The position numbers were made by a program, and so were the translations under genes. 64,000 nt of DNA from Phoronis australis. Its lineage: Eukaryota; Animalia; Phoronida. Of this stretch, positions 25,901-40,260 are shown piece by piece (the first letter of the stretch is position 1; each line of letters opens with the position of its first letter). The stretch spans positions 62,001-126,000 of the forward strand of contig NMRA01000354.1 of the NCBI GenBank assembly GCA_002633005.1, given 5' to 3'. The notes under the pieces are model-generated. The model had not been told where the DNA came from. It searched no databases and worked only from the letters and a program-made list of their open reading frames with translations.

Positions 25901-28900
25901 CAGGTAATAAAACAATTATCTTCTGATCCAGGACTATAAACCCTTTGTTAATCTGTGTTTGTTACACAGGCCAACTTGGACAGTTGCATGAGTTATAAGA
26001 GCAGGATTCATAAAGGGCTGCTTTGGCTGACCTTGGGTTTCAATTTCAAGAGGCCTATTGTTTGTGAAGACACCCATGACTTACATTCTCCAATTCTAAG
26101 GCACTGTTGAGGCTAGTAGCCCCTATAAATCTGAAATGAATATGACAGAAGAATGTTTGTACTGTCCTGTTTAACCTTCAGAAATGTTATATCTTCTTAT
26201 TTCAAATAAATGTTATTCTAAATCAATTCCTAAATCGTCCCACATTGTCCTGCATAATCCAGCAATATTTCTTCATCACGCAGATTCTTATGTGCTTCGG
26301 AACAATACTAGCACCAAGTTAAGAAACAGCACCAGTACGTAAAATTCTCCAATTTGGGACAGTGAAAAATCAATTATGTTGCTCATGGCCTAACCTTATC
26401 ACAAATTCAAGAGTCACCGCAAAGGCAGCAAAATTTCCCACTCTATAGATTGAAAACACACTGCCCCAAAGTGGGGAATTTTTAGCATGATGGCTATCGT
26501 ATTAGCTATGCTACTCTAGAACGTGCTCCCAAAATGTTGTGTCTTTATTCTGTAAACACACTTTTCTGTTTAGTATTTTCAAAATGTTGTATAAGACGCT
26601 GCTGTCATGACCTGGCCAAGTTAGTCATAGTGGTTTGTACCCAATACCAGTATTTTAATAATTTGTGGATCTGAGGATGAGGTTATTTGTCAGTGGAACA
26701 TTGGTATGCCAGGCAGATACACTGTAGGCTATTCACATATTTCTGCTTTCCTATTCTTGGTGACCCATTTCAATATTGTTAGAGAAATCCTTATTGATCA
26801 GCTATTGGGTATTTAATTAACCATGGCTATGTGAACAAACAGGTTGGAATTGACTTAGATCTATGTGATGTCTGAATAGGGGACTTTTCATATTGGCACT
26901 CTCCTGCGTTTTGAGAGCTCAAAAGTGAATTCTGTTTGCTCCAATTACTAAGATTTGGTGGACGGAAATTCAGTTGCTACATAATTCCAATGTCAGACCC
27001 TACCATTGTTTCATTATTTTAAAATCACTGATTTAGTTTAATTTTTGATACCAGCTGGGAGTGAAATTCTCCCTCTTTACCAACCGCAGCCACTGGCTTT
27101 GACGCTGATTAGTCATCACTGTGAGAAACATGTGATGTCCATGTGCATCCATTGATAATTCAAAAGGTTTGGCTTTTTCTGTCAGGCAAAAAACACCACA
27201 CTGCATGAAAGGTATTAGGCGCTGTTTATACCATTATGTTGAAACCTCCGGCATTGCACGGGATCCGGTAGGTGGTGGTGAACACAAGTCCATCAAAGAC
27301 CTGGTTGCTGGCTGGCGGGTTATTGAATTTCAGTATTGCGCAACTAGTTCGAAAGTCGCCCAATATATATAGTACTGCTTAGTACGGTATTATAAGATCA
27401 TGGAGGTGTCATGTGTTGTAGTTGGGATAATTCTTTACTGTTTGTGGTGAAAATGATTAAAAATTGTTTTTTCTTCTCTTTTAAAATGCAAACTGTGTTG
27501 CTAGTACTAGTAACCCAGTTTTCACCTGGTGTTGTATGACAGTTGTACAACAAGCTCTGTTTAGATGTTAACTGTGTGGCGGAAGATGATAGGTGTCAAG
27601 TGGGCGATTACACAAACGAACCAGAAATGGTGACAAGGTGGAAGTTGTAGGCAGGAATGTTGAGTGTGCATACTTATGGTTACATATGGCGGTAGTTGTA
27701 GTTTATGTTGAGAAAGAAAAAAACGATTTACAAGTTTTTAGTATGCATTTTAAAGGCAGAAAAACTTGTAATCGCCTACGGTTGATTAACGGTAAAGGTC
27801 AGAGAATGGATTCCCAGTGACGTCTAATTGTGTGACATAACATGCTTGCTTGAAATTCTGTGACTTTTTTGAGACATTTTGAGAATTCTTTAACAAAATG
27901 TGAAGAGTGGTCAGTAAACTTTCATGACAAGCAGAAATTTCTAATCTGTGACATTTCAAAAATGCTTATACTGCCTCTGTTGTTTTTGTTAATTTGAGAG
28001 AATTCAGTAATGGCCTAGGGGTAATTGGTGAACATTTTAGTGTGGCCCACCCCAGCCATTTATCATGGATTCATTCCAGGGGTGGTGAAGCCGAGTCAAG
28101 ATAAACCTTGACTTAGTGTTTCCATTCCAGGCCATCACTGCTTACTGATCATGCACTATCATACCTTTTCCATTCCAGGAACGACCATATTTTTATTTAT
28201 TGTGATATTTAAAATGAGGGTTACCTCTTCAGTGATAGCACTGCTTTCCAAGAGGGCCCTCTACAACAAAAGACAGTAATAAAATACAATGAAGTAATAA
28301 AAAAACAATTAAATATGCGTAAAAAGATACAACTAAAACAGGTTGAGAATTAAAACAATAAATAAATGACGAAAAATGGTATCGCTAATACGTGATTCAA
28401 GTTCTGGCGCAGTTTGTTATAAAATCATTAATTACAACCGAAATATTGTCTTTCCGCAGGTCATTAGGTCGCTGATGCCCTAGGTTATTATATTTCCCAT
28501 GGGAATCCTATGCTGCTTTTGATAGGAGCAAACGAAAGAGGGTAGGATTAAGATTATTTGTAACTCTAGAAAAATGTCCAGATTTGTCTAACTTCAGAAT
28601 ACCATCTCTGGAAACTGGCTGATTGGATTCTTATAAAACCTTTAGATACGTACTTTTGTTTAAGCAATGGCTTCCAGAACATTTTTAAGAATTGTTTTTG
28701 AAGTGTTCCACTTAGGCGTTAGGGCTGTCAAAAATTTTTTGGTTCAATACTTTTATGAAAAGAAAATAACACAGAAGTTGCTTTAAACGATATCGAAAGG
28801 ATAATTTAGAAAACTGCAGCAGCGTTTTGGCAATTTCACCTTGAACATTTTAACCAAAGTTTGGTATATTGTGTCCCAAACTGAAGAATTTTTGTCGTAG

Positions 28901-31900
28901 CATGTGAATGATGAACACATTATCCCATTGGTTTTATCTCGGTTTAGAAATACCAGGAAAACCATTGGTCTATTTCATTACCAGCAGACGGACATGGATT
29001 AATGTCTATGCATATGGTAGGCTCTTGAGATTGGGTGTGATGCAACACTGAAGGATTTGTCATTACAGCTGATGAGAACCATGATTATGCCTTGTTGCCG
29101 ACAGTATAAACAACCCCTATGTACTGTCAAAATTTTGCATCACACAATGTTCTCCATACGTGAAAATCCAAATGTGTTGAAAGTGCGTGGATGCCAACAA
29201 ACATGTCGGAAGTCCACGATGGCTGATGTTCTCAGTACTGCAGTTTGTCCTATCATATTTCCCTGCCAGTAATGGCCAGCTTTCACTGTGCCTTATTCAA
29301 AGCAGTAAAGATGTTGTTAAGGATGGTGACACCTTTTTGACATACTGGTCACTACTTTTTCAAACAGGTTGCAGTTAATTCAAATGCACTGCAAGTGTGG
29401 GCTAACAGGTTGTGGTGACATAATTAAAAATAAATTCATGTATCAGGGCATGGAGTGACCCATGACAAAAATAGAGGAAATTTTTTACTGTCCCCAAATA
29501 CCCATTGCAATCTAAATGAGCATACCTAAACAGATGGAAAGCAAACAATTTTATCACCAAACAGTAGCTGACATCTACTTCTGCATCAGTGCTTCAGCAA
29601 CAATAATTTGGAAACATGGTGTACATCATAATGTGAACATGTACTGCCCATTAGATGTCAATAAAATCACATCTTATACAACAGCTGATAAAGATATTCT
29701 TTCAAATATGACTGACAAAGTTTGTTTCACTTAAAAGCTCCAAAACTTCATATTAACATGATAATACATCATTACTTCCAAGAAGTAGATCATAATGCAC
29801 ACTATCAGGTAATGTACACTAGATGTCACCACATCACTTAACATACAACTATGATTGACACATTCTTTTAACTTAATAAAAGCTCCAAAACTTAATTACA
29901 TAACTTTTTGCCAGTGTCATGCCAATAAATCAATACTCCCAAGATGTAGATTACAATGTATACAATCATATTATATCACATTAGAACAATGACTGACAGA
30001 TTATAGGCCTTGAACATTTCCACAGCTGTTCACTGGTGAATCTTATCATGAACGAAAACAGGTGGTTTACNCACAATTCTCTTCTTGGAAAAATGACTTA
30101 CAAGTACAGCCACAACTTTTTCACTGTTGGATTTTGTGGATTCGTCAAGGTTTAGAAAAATGGTGTCTCCCTTAGCTCTGTGAGAAGCTCTTCATGCAGA
30201 GTTTCTGCCACACCACGTTAAAGCTTAAACGAAGCAGTGGAGTTATCATGTGGCATTCACTGCACCACAGGCTTGCTATTAACGAGGACCTTTTCCATAT
30301 CCTGTAACTTTGGTAAAGCTAACAGTGGCAGGGAATTCTCAGCAATGAAAGCAATTAGCTACAATAGAAGATATTCTTTAAGATTAAAACAATAAAGATA
30401 GTAACGCAACTTTTGCAGTGTGAGTGACAGAAGCATAGTTCTTGATTTGCTGCAGTTCTTAAAGGTTGTCAGTATGTCAGCCACCTTTGTCACAAAGGAC
30501 TCGTGGTTTTATCACATACAAGTACATATTTTTTTATATTTGGTGGTCATAGCGTCTTCTTATGTAGAGATGTCAAGATATTCATAGTCATGTGACTATT
30601 TCTCGTGGAAATTGACATAACTTTCTTTTCCCATAAATACAACATTTTCTATACAAAACTTCAACAACAATATGTCTGGACTATTAGCACGAGAGTTTGG
30701 CTGTGAAAATTGAAGACGATAACATTCCTTGAAATGTAAATTTCAATTTTTCTGATGTTATACGAAGACCAAGTTGTAAAGTTGTGACAGTGCTACAAGC
30801 CATATAAAATTCCCATGTTCTGATTTTTTTACTGGATGCACGTACCATAGATTCTGAGTTGCTGACTCTTGTCACCAATGGGAGTGGATGTTGGGAAGTT
30901 CTCTCAGTTCTACAAGCTTGTCATCAAACATGGGCTCCATAAATGTTTTCCTTAGACACAGCCTGACCTACGATAAATATTATAAAATTCAGTTGTGCAA
31001 CCTGAATACCAGTAGTATGATTGGCCATACATTAGCAATATACCGTAAACATTCGGGTTAACGCCCTGGGTGGTTAAGTTGGCAAACCCAAAAAATCAGG
31101 GGTGGGGGGTTAACCAGACATGGGCGCTTAAACGTGAAATTTCAAGAAATCCAGGGTGGGCAGTTAACCGAACATGGGCGCTTATTACGACAGGCAACCG
31201 CCCTGGGCGGTTAATCTTACCTCGTACTCGGAACGCGTAGCACTTTTCAAAGAGCGTTATCGTCACGTCGCCACATGACGGAAAAAATGTCATAACAGTG
31301 GATGATCCCAACAAAGATTCTGTTGCCCTCAGATTACTTATTCACTATTAAATTTACAGAACTGCTGAGTAATAGCCCCATGGCGTCCTGCAGTCTTGTT
31401 ACTTTGCCCTCTAGAGCGCAGACGACCAGTGACCACGCAGCCTCTACTTGGATTTCAACTATTTCAAGATGTGACCTTGTAAAGTGCGCGCGTACAAGCT
31501 TCACGTTTTGCAGAGGTCACAGCAGACATCAAATTTATGGTTACAGTCTCGTACCGAGCTGCCAAGTTCGTCTGAGAGCAGTTTTAAAATTAGTTGTAAT
31601 AAAAGTTTGAAAAACTTAATTCAGATGTTTTTTGTGTTTAGGATGTTTCAACACTCCGTGACTCAATGACATTTTCAGCGTATGGTTCTGCGGCTGGCTA
31701 TTTTATCTCGACCGCCCGGCATTGCTCACTTGCCGTTGCGCCAAACATGCTCGGCAAAGAACTAGGCCTAAGACAAGAATCGGGGTTAAGTGGCCGTGAG
31801 CCACTCGTCAATCAAGATTAAAATTTCGAGCCACGACATAAATATGAGATAAACGCCACAAAACAGCTATGTTTCAATTCATTCTTAAACGATCACCTTA

Positions 31901-34900
31901 CCAAACTTTGTGGTGGAAAAACATTTATTTCTCATGCAAGATGTCCACATTATCCTATTTATATCACTTGCAATATCGCACTGCGGCATTGTTCGTTCCC
32001 GCTGTTGGCGCGCAATGTCTCAGTCGGCTGACAATCGTGACTTGGAAATGCCGTCAAGTATATAACGGCCTCTTTCAATATGCATCTCGTTTTTTATGGC
32101 CAAAGATTGCTGCGGGAATCAGTGTGAGTCACCTGTCAATCACATGTTGGTGTCAAGGTAACATGCACTGCAAAGTGTGTGAACTTGCGCACATGCACCA
32201 AAATGACTACAGAGTCACACATCAAAAGAGAATAGCCCAAAGTAACAAAAACGGGCGTGACTATGTACTTTTAAGCTGTTGTTACGAAAGACCCAGTTCT
32301 TTACGATATTCCTCCGTTGCCAATGTTCCCTAAAACTGCAATGTCAAGTCTATTCCGATATTTCCCGGCTCGANATCAAAAGAGAATAGCCCAAAGTAAC
32401 AAAATGGGCGTGACTATGTACTTTTAAGCTGTTGTTACGAAAGACCCAGTTCTTTATGATATTCTTCCGTTGCCAATGTTCCCCAAAACTGCAATGTCAA
32501 GTCTATTCCGATATTTCCCGGCTCGATGCTCTCTGAGCCCATGCACGTAGGTAGCTGCATGCATCTCCTACCCACTATCGCCAATTTTCAGTCAGTCTAC
32601 GTCGTAGATGACTCGAATGGTAAGAGTTTTTGTTCAGGCTGAAACTGGCCAATGTATAAACAAAATTATTCTGGATGGCGAAAAAGGGGATGTGGAAACG
32701 ATAATTCACAAAGTCACGCTTATACGTGGGGACTGACGCAAGAAATAGTAAAGAACAGCCAACGACGTTAGTATCTGCTGACGCCAGTTTGACTGAGATG
32801 CAATAAGCGAAAAACAAAATTTGACTAGCAGTTTTTTATTACCTCAAAATCATACACAAACGTACATTATTGCCAACCTTTGAATTCAGAAATCGATAGG
32901 CAGCAACGAAATCGGTAACCCATTGAGGCACTTGTACTGTCCCTTCGGTCACCACACATCTTCTATAACCTGGCAGTTACATTCATCAAAATATTGAGAA
33001 TTTGACATCTTTCCGTGAGTTGTGAGATTTCCTCAAAGTACGAGAGCTTCCCACCTTAATAGAATTCGGAGGGTTGGCAAAACCATTGTCACATTCTCGG
33101 GCCTTATTTTTTCGAATATATGATTTTTCTAGTGCACTGCAGACGGAAACTCAGCGCGGCAGACAAAGTCGCTGAAAACGGAGGTTTTGACGCCGGCGGC
33201 GTGCTTAAACTTTGCAAACATGGGAAGAAAATAAAGTGACAAAAACGTTCAAGTATTATATTTTGAAGTGAGTCCATGACNAACCCGGCAGTTACATTCA
33301 TCAAAATATTGAGAATTTGACATCTTTCCGTGAGTTGTGAGATTTCCTCAAAGTACGAGAGCTTCCCACCTTAATAGAATTTGGAGGGTTGGCAAAACCA
33401 TTGTCACATTTCTCTGGCCTTATTTTTTCGAATATATGATATTTCTAGTGCACTGCAGACGGAAAATCAGCGTGGCAGACAAAGTCGCTGAAAACGAAGG
33501 TTTTGGCGGCGTTCTTAAACTTTGCAAACATGGGAAGAAAATAAAGTGACAAAAACGTTCAAGTATTATATTTTGAAGTGAGTCCATGACCCTAGACAAT
33601 AACTCGTTACCTGTATTGTAATTCAGATTGCTAAACCACCGTCTCAGAGTCCCGGCGTCGTTGTGCTCATTGTGATCATCGATCTTTTTCTAAAAGTCGG
33701 GGAATTGCTCGTTTCCTTAGCACTGGGCGCTAAATGTTCATTCTTTAAAAGTTGGGGATGGACGCTTAAACGAGAGGTGGGCGCTTAACTGGAAATCTTC
33801 AAAAATCGCAGGGAAGCGCTTAACTGAGCAGTGGGCGGTTAAATCGAAAATCCACGTAAAGTAGGGGGTGGGCGGTTAACTGAGCATGGGCGTTAACCCG
33901 AACGTTTACGGTACATTCATCAACTTAACATAATACATATGCATAAATACAATGTGTGCCGGTGTGATATCTGTCCAAGAAAACAAGAAGAGGCAACAAA
34001 CAACAAACAACAAAATTAGTTGTAAAATGGTGACGCAGAATCTCTCTAAGTTTGCAAGTATCTGTCTAATGACATACTTTGTAAGCGTATAAATCTATCA
34101 ATTTTACAAAATGTAACAGAATTTTTTGTAGTTGGCCAAACTGGAATATTATTTTTAAAATGACATAGAACGTAAAAACAGTCTAAACAGAAGTTAAAAC
34201 TCTTCACCAGGTATTTTCATGGTTTGTTCGTAAAGATTTTGAATTTTCTGTTGATATCAAAACATTTTGGACTCGGCAAATGTCTACTTAGAGACTGCTC
34301 ACAATTATCGCCAATTTCATTATCATATCCACCTCCCCTCTGGAGTCAGCTGCTCGCATGACATTATACTTAAAGAGATGTGTTAAGAAAGTATTCATTT
34401 TATACACTTGAACAAACCGAATGCTCCCTCAACTGCTTGAATTGTGAAAATTTTCATTTCAAATGACTGACCCAGCACACCGCTGTACGATCTACAAGAT
34501 GCAGATTTTCCTTACAGACCAAACATTCAAGTGAAAAAACTAACAGAAAAAAGTTGAAAAAGGGAACTAAAAATTACTTTGAGTTCTTAGAATTAAGACA
34601 TAAAGTTATTAAAAAATTGGGAAAATCGATTCAAAGATTAACTAGAAAGCCTGAAGTACATACACATTTAATTCCAACGAAAAATTAATTCCAACCAAAT
34701 TGGAAAAGTCAAGACGAAAACCTGTGACTCATCCCCCAACTTTCAAACAATAATTACGGGTGTCAATTGTTCATAATTCACGCTGGTGTAGAACAAATGT
34801 GACCCATTTGACACCAAGAATAACTACCAGGACCCTAAAAATAGGCTCAGTTCCCCCTGGCAGAATTTTTAAACATGGCTTAGACTAATCAGATCATTTA

Positions 34901-37900
34901 GCACCTGTCACTTGACTGCTTCTCTCTTGAACTGAAAAATTTGAGTCAGTCAGTATCAAAGACATTTTTACAGCTATTTCAAAATAAATTGGAACACATC
35001 AATGGCAATTTAAAACAATTTTAGTAACGAAAGTAGTACTTTGTATCCTACTTTGGCAGTAAGTAGAAAATAGAAGACTCAGGACCAGCAGCCAACTTGG
35101 CAAGTACTGGCCGGGGTTTCACGTGGGATCAAACAAAAGAATTCCATATACAACTCAAATCCCACGATTCCAATACTTTTACATTCCGAATGCAATGAAC
35201 TCTTTATCAGTTAAGGTGGGATTTCTTTTCAGTTAGCATTTTTCTTTCTTGTGTTTCATCGTTTTCAGGTGATCCTTAAAGGCAATTCGGCCACGCACCC
35301 TGTAATTGATGTCCCTCTAGCAAAGTTTATAGAGCACAAACCCTGACTTTTGTTATTTGCAAACGTACTGGCCGATTCTTTCGTCCATTTCTTCCAGGAA
35401 ATATTTTGTCCGCTCCCATCTCCACACATTTTTGGGAACGCCGCTGTTAGAAACCAATTTCCTGCGGAATGTTAATCGCAAATTCAATTTTTTCTGGTGG
35501 AAATATAAAAAATGCGTGGAGAGAACAAGTGAAAAAAGCGGAAATTTGTGTTTCCGCGGAAAATTCCTAGCCTTGATGTATAGATATTTATGGGCCGTAG
35601 CGTTGTCGTGATCGAAATTCTCATCAATTGTCGTAAAAGTTGTTGTTAGCCATCGAAAGAAACGCATTCAGCGATACCAATCACAGGGAAGAGAATTTGG
35701 TTTATGATAGTCGCCATTGTTGTTAAGCTGAGTTGATGAATGTGTGATACATTCTTTGCTTCGTTTTTCTTGCAGATACCAAATATGATGGTGAAAAAGA
35801 GGAGGCAGAGAGACAGGAGAGGAAGCAAAAAGAGTTGCGACGAATTGAAGAGGCCAAAGCAATTGAAGCGGAGAAAAGTGAGTGTACTGGTTTTTCATGA
35901 AACGCTATCATGAAAAATTGCATGGAATATATTCTTTAATTATCTGTCCTGTTGCACTGTGGGTTGCCAGACTCTAAGAATTTGTTTTTTCAAATTGAAG
36001 TGAGTAGGATGGAATATTTGACCAAGAAATTATTCAACATTTCTGTGCAGGATGTCATTCACTGATGAATTAGTCTAAGTGGTTATAAACTTGCATTCCA
36101 TCAAAGAAACTGTTGATTTAGTGTATTCATCGCACTAAACTGGTCTTGACTTGTTCTAATTCTTATGAGAAGTGGTTTCTGGGCTTTCAAAAATGACAGT
36201 TTGTTGTTGCTTGTCATTGAACTCGGTCCGGTCCGTCACCAGCCAACTTGCAGAGCCTGGTGTCAAGCAACAGTGAACTCACATTTTTCCAAGGCAATAA
36301 ATCACGTCTTACATGACTAACAACAACAGTATGAGACCAAATTCTTAAAAGTGTGTTGACTAAATTAAATTTGGAGTTTTGTATTGGGAAGAAAGTTCAT
36401 GGTTTATGGTCCCTTGAACAAAACTGCTATCAAAAGTACAATAATTGCTTCTTTACGTGCAGTTCATCTTTTTGAAAGTCCCCATGTTCAACACAGAATT
36501 TGTAAAGTCTTAGAGTTGTTCACATCTAATGCATGCACCAGTAACTAATTCAAGGGAAAAAATGATTAGTCCAGAACGCGCCATCTGTTGGCTTTATCAC
36601 ATAACTTGTAGTTACCACATGAAGTGACCAACTGGTGGCATGGATTGGACTTCTGTTCACACGTTGTCAAGGTTATTTCTGGTGTGGGGTTTGTATTCTT
36701 CTGTAATTAACATATCTCTTGGTCTATGACAGGGTTGTCTGAAGCAGGTAAGCACTACTTCACTGCCCCCTGTTGCCAATCCCGGGAATCCTGTGGACTG
36801 TATGATTTTATGTATATGTATAGTTTAGCTTGTTAGTCGTGTGGGGTGCATAAACCTACATCATGCTAATGTTTGTTCAGTCACAACTCCAGTGGTCATC
36901 CTGTGCATTATGAAGAACCAGTGGTCATTGGCTTATACATCAACCATATTATTGTCAGAGGCTGATATTGAAATAAACATTATTACTTGCAAAAATATAG
37001 CAAAGTATATTCTGGAACTCTTTAAGTTAAGAAAAATAGTCTTTTAAAGCACTGTTTTTTTCTTAATTTGAAATTGTGCACACTTTTTTTGCCTGACCAC
37101 GATGAAATTAAGCTGCCTTAACAATAAACATGCTGTTGGACATTGGTTTTGCATTCGTTTGAAGCTGAGCAAATGTAAGCACGGTGTTGTAGGATCACTA
37201 ACAAACGTTACCTCTGTCAAGGCAATAGTGGGTGTGAAGGGCCCCCCCTTCCGCACCACACTTTACACAACATTATTGACTTCATGATTCATGACCGCAT
37301 TTTTCAAGTTTCACAGATCATGCATGACAAAAAAGCGAACTTATTTTTCTCGGGTGGAGAACAGTTGAGTGTGGGGAATCCTCAAATTTAGAACAAACCC
37401 ACACCTGTCAAATAAAGATACTTTTGTTGTAGGTCACTTACCTTTATAAAATGTTTCTTATTGTGGAAAAATTTAGTTATAGACTTGAACACAGCTGGCG
37501 GTTTGTTGTTTCTTCAGACCTGACTCATTAGGTTGAGGGGGAGGGGGGTTCAGACTCAGTCACCAAAGTAGTCGTCGGAATTCAGGTAATTTGTTGTAAC
37601 CAACATCAATTCAAAACAAAGCATAAAGATGCAATGCTGTTGCTGCGGCAGAGCAAATACTCGTGTGAAGACAATCGTTTTTAACCCAGAGTGTGGTTGC
37701 TGAAGCTTAGGTTGTATGCTACTGGCTACGGGACTGTGGCTACGGGACTGTGAAGCTCTGGTCTAATACAGCATTCATACATGCGTATTCATAAAACTGC
37801 CTCATATGACATCTTTTGAAGACAGCTGATCCATTCACACAGACATCCTATCAGCCGTCTTATATGGCTATTTTAAGTATTTGCCACTGCCTTATAACCC

Positions 37901-40209
37901 AGTATAGTGTTGCCTCGTGTGCAACACTGGTGTACTGTACTGAAATTAATACTATGTTGGGCAGTTTAGTCCATCAGAGGATCTCCCAACATGTTAAGTT
38001 ATTTTCATGTAGTCCTCTCACAAAATGAAAGCTTACTGTATCTGTTGGTGAATTTTAGGATCGATCATCAGAAAGATGATCAGCCATCTGTTGTATGTTC
38101 ATATGTGACGTTTTTTTGAATGTGGATCTCATTCATATCCACATTCAAAAAACGTCACATATGAACATACAACAGATGGCTGATCATCTGATGGACTAAA
38201 CTGCCCAACATAGTATTAATTTCAGTACAGTACACCAGTTTGGTCTGCAGGTACAGAGGTTAGGTCTCAGTGTTTGTTGTCCAGCGTTCAGGATTTCATG
38301 TTTATTGGTAAGGGTTCAGTGACTCCAGTTAGCATTCAGGATTTCGTGTTTATTGGTAAGGGTTCAGTGACTCCAGTTATTGCACTTAGGTACCCATCCT
38401 GGTATCTGCTTCTTGAAAATTGACTTTGACTTAGGATTTTGTAGAATCCTCAAAAATGACCAAATTTTACAAGCTTTAGAACACCAGGTTCATATGAAAC
38501 TTTCATACTTCGTATTTTATGCAATGTTCTACAAAACGCAGTTAGGTATTTTGCAAAACTAAATTCCATTTTTCATGAGGGGCTATCAAAAATAGGACTT
38601 TTATGATTTTTGAAACTCAGAAGTGACATAAAGTGAAACTATAACACCTTTTTTGTTTCACCTTGTATATTAATATCAAACAAAATTTGGTCATGCTGTT
38701 GATGCTATTGCTTTGCTAGGTATGTACCTTTTTTGTGCAAAAGTTTTCCAAAGACATGGTAACGCGGTCCAGTAGATTGGTATGAAGTCATAAATCAACT
38801 TCTACTGGCTTTCTACTTTCAGAAAATATTCAGTTTTACCGAGTGTAAAATTTATAGTTTTGTAGATTATCGACTTAATACACCGACGAGTGGATTAAAT
38901 CCTAATAAGAAATTTATTCTTACGCTCTACACAAGTATTTCTGAAAAAACTAATTTATTCTTACTTCAGCAAAGTACAGTCTCTGAGAATATACTAGTGA
39001 TTAATAAGTACTTATAACTTATTGCTAAACAGCAAAGCGGGAGCCTAATACATATTAAGTTCTGCCAGCTGCTAATGTTTTATTGGCACCCAACTTTAGT
39101 GATTAAAGCAGTATTTAATGGTCAAGTAAAAACTCATACTCTGTGTCACAGATAGGATTTTATGGTTCTGGATCAGCCTGAAGTGTAGGTCATGCTTGCT
39201 GTTTAGCAGGCTTTGTAAGGAATTTTCAGATTTTGCTCGAAACATTTGAGGGTTGTCAAGGGTTACAGAGTATTACTTTGTTTGGGAGTACTATATATGA
39301 ATGTCATTTGTACTATCTGTTCATAGGCCTAAGTCAGGATTGGTATCCTTTTAAGTAATAAGTCTTGAGTTACATTTCATGATACACGACCCATAGTCTA
39401 ACCCGTCAATAGCATTCATCTGATGTACAACTCTAATGTAGTAAAAGCGCAGAAGGGATTTCTGACTGATACAATCCCATATTTTGTCGGACTGTGAAAA
39501 AAATATTCTGTTATTCATTGATATTTTGCAATGGTGACTTGTTGTAGGAATCATTTGGACACCATGGTGACCTTCAATGTTTATTTCAAAGATGTTTGGT
39601 ATAAATTCTCCAAGTCTGAAATCTCCACCAGCATGGGATTCTTAAGTGGTGCTGAGTGATTGCAGAACAAAAATGTCCCCATCATTTAGCCCAGGATCTT
39701 CTTTCAGTGGCTCTCCTCTACGTCAGAAAACGACTGCTGTTCTCTCTCCCATTTGCACACTGTTCCATTGCACATCACTCTTAACATCCCTAGAGATTAC
39801 CTTTCGTTGAAGTTAAACTCACTTGTGTGAACCTGATTTTTTTAAGATCCTCATAGACAAGCTTGCTTCACAGGTTAAAAGTATGCATTAATTCTATAAG
39901 TCTAGTCAAACATCGTGATCAGTTGTCACGTGCACGACTGGTAGAAATTTATTGAAAAAACAATTTCGTAAATATCCATGTCATTACAGTGCGTTTTATC
40001 GATTTCACTCCGCACTTTGGAACAACTAATTACGCTGAATATCTCTTGTACGCTCTCATTTTCACTTTAAAATGAAGAAAAAACGAATGACAAAAATAAA
40101 TCACAACCAGAAATAACCTTTGTAATCTAGTGTTCTCACCTTGGGATAATTAAGCTTGTTTTTAAATCGTGTACGTTTTGCATTATTTTCAATGTCTTGT
40201 TTTGTCTTC

Positions 40210-40260
<51 letters not shown>

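Larger units (their letters stand above)
31043..33911. mobile_element. Non-autonomous Tc1/mariner (Tc2-like) DNA transposon
   Basis: 24-bp TIR CCGTAAAC(A/G)TTCGGGTTAACGCCC with 1 mismatch, TA on both sides, and arrays of GGGCG(G/C)TTAA subterminal repeats at both ends. No transposase ORF recognised. Confidence 0.85.

Noticed and set aside
30080-30960. Possible decayed minus-strand coding sequence
   Set aside because: Multiple stops in every frame I tried and no motif I can name; needs BLASTX.
39847-39873. Second possible 27-nt phase 1-1 VPS13 alternative exon (DPHRQACFT)
   Set aside because: AAG acceptor and weak GTTAAA donor with no recognisable homology; could be chance.
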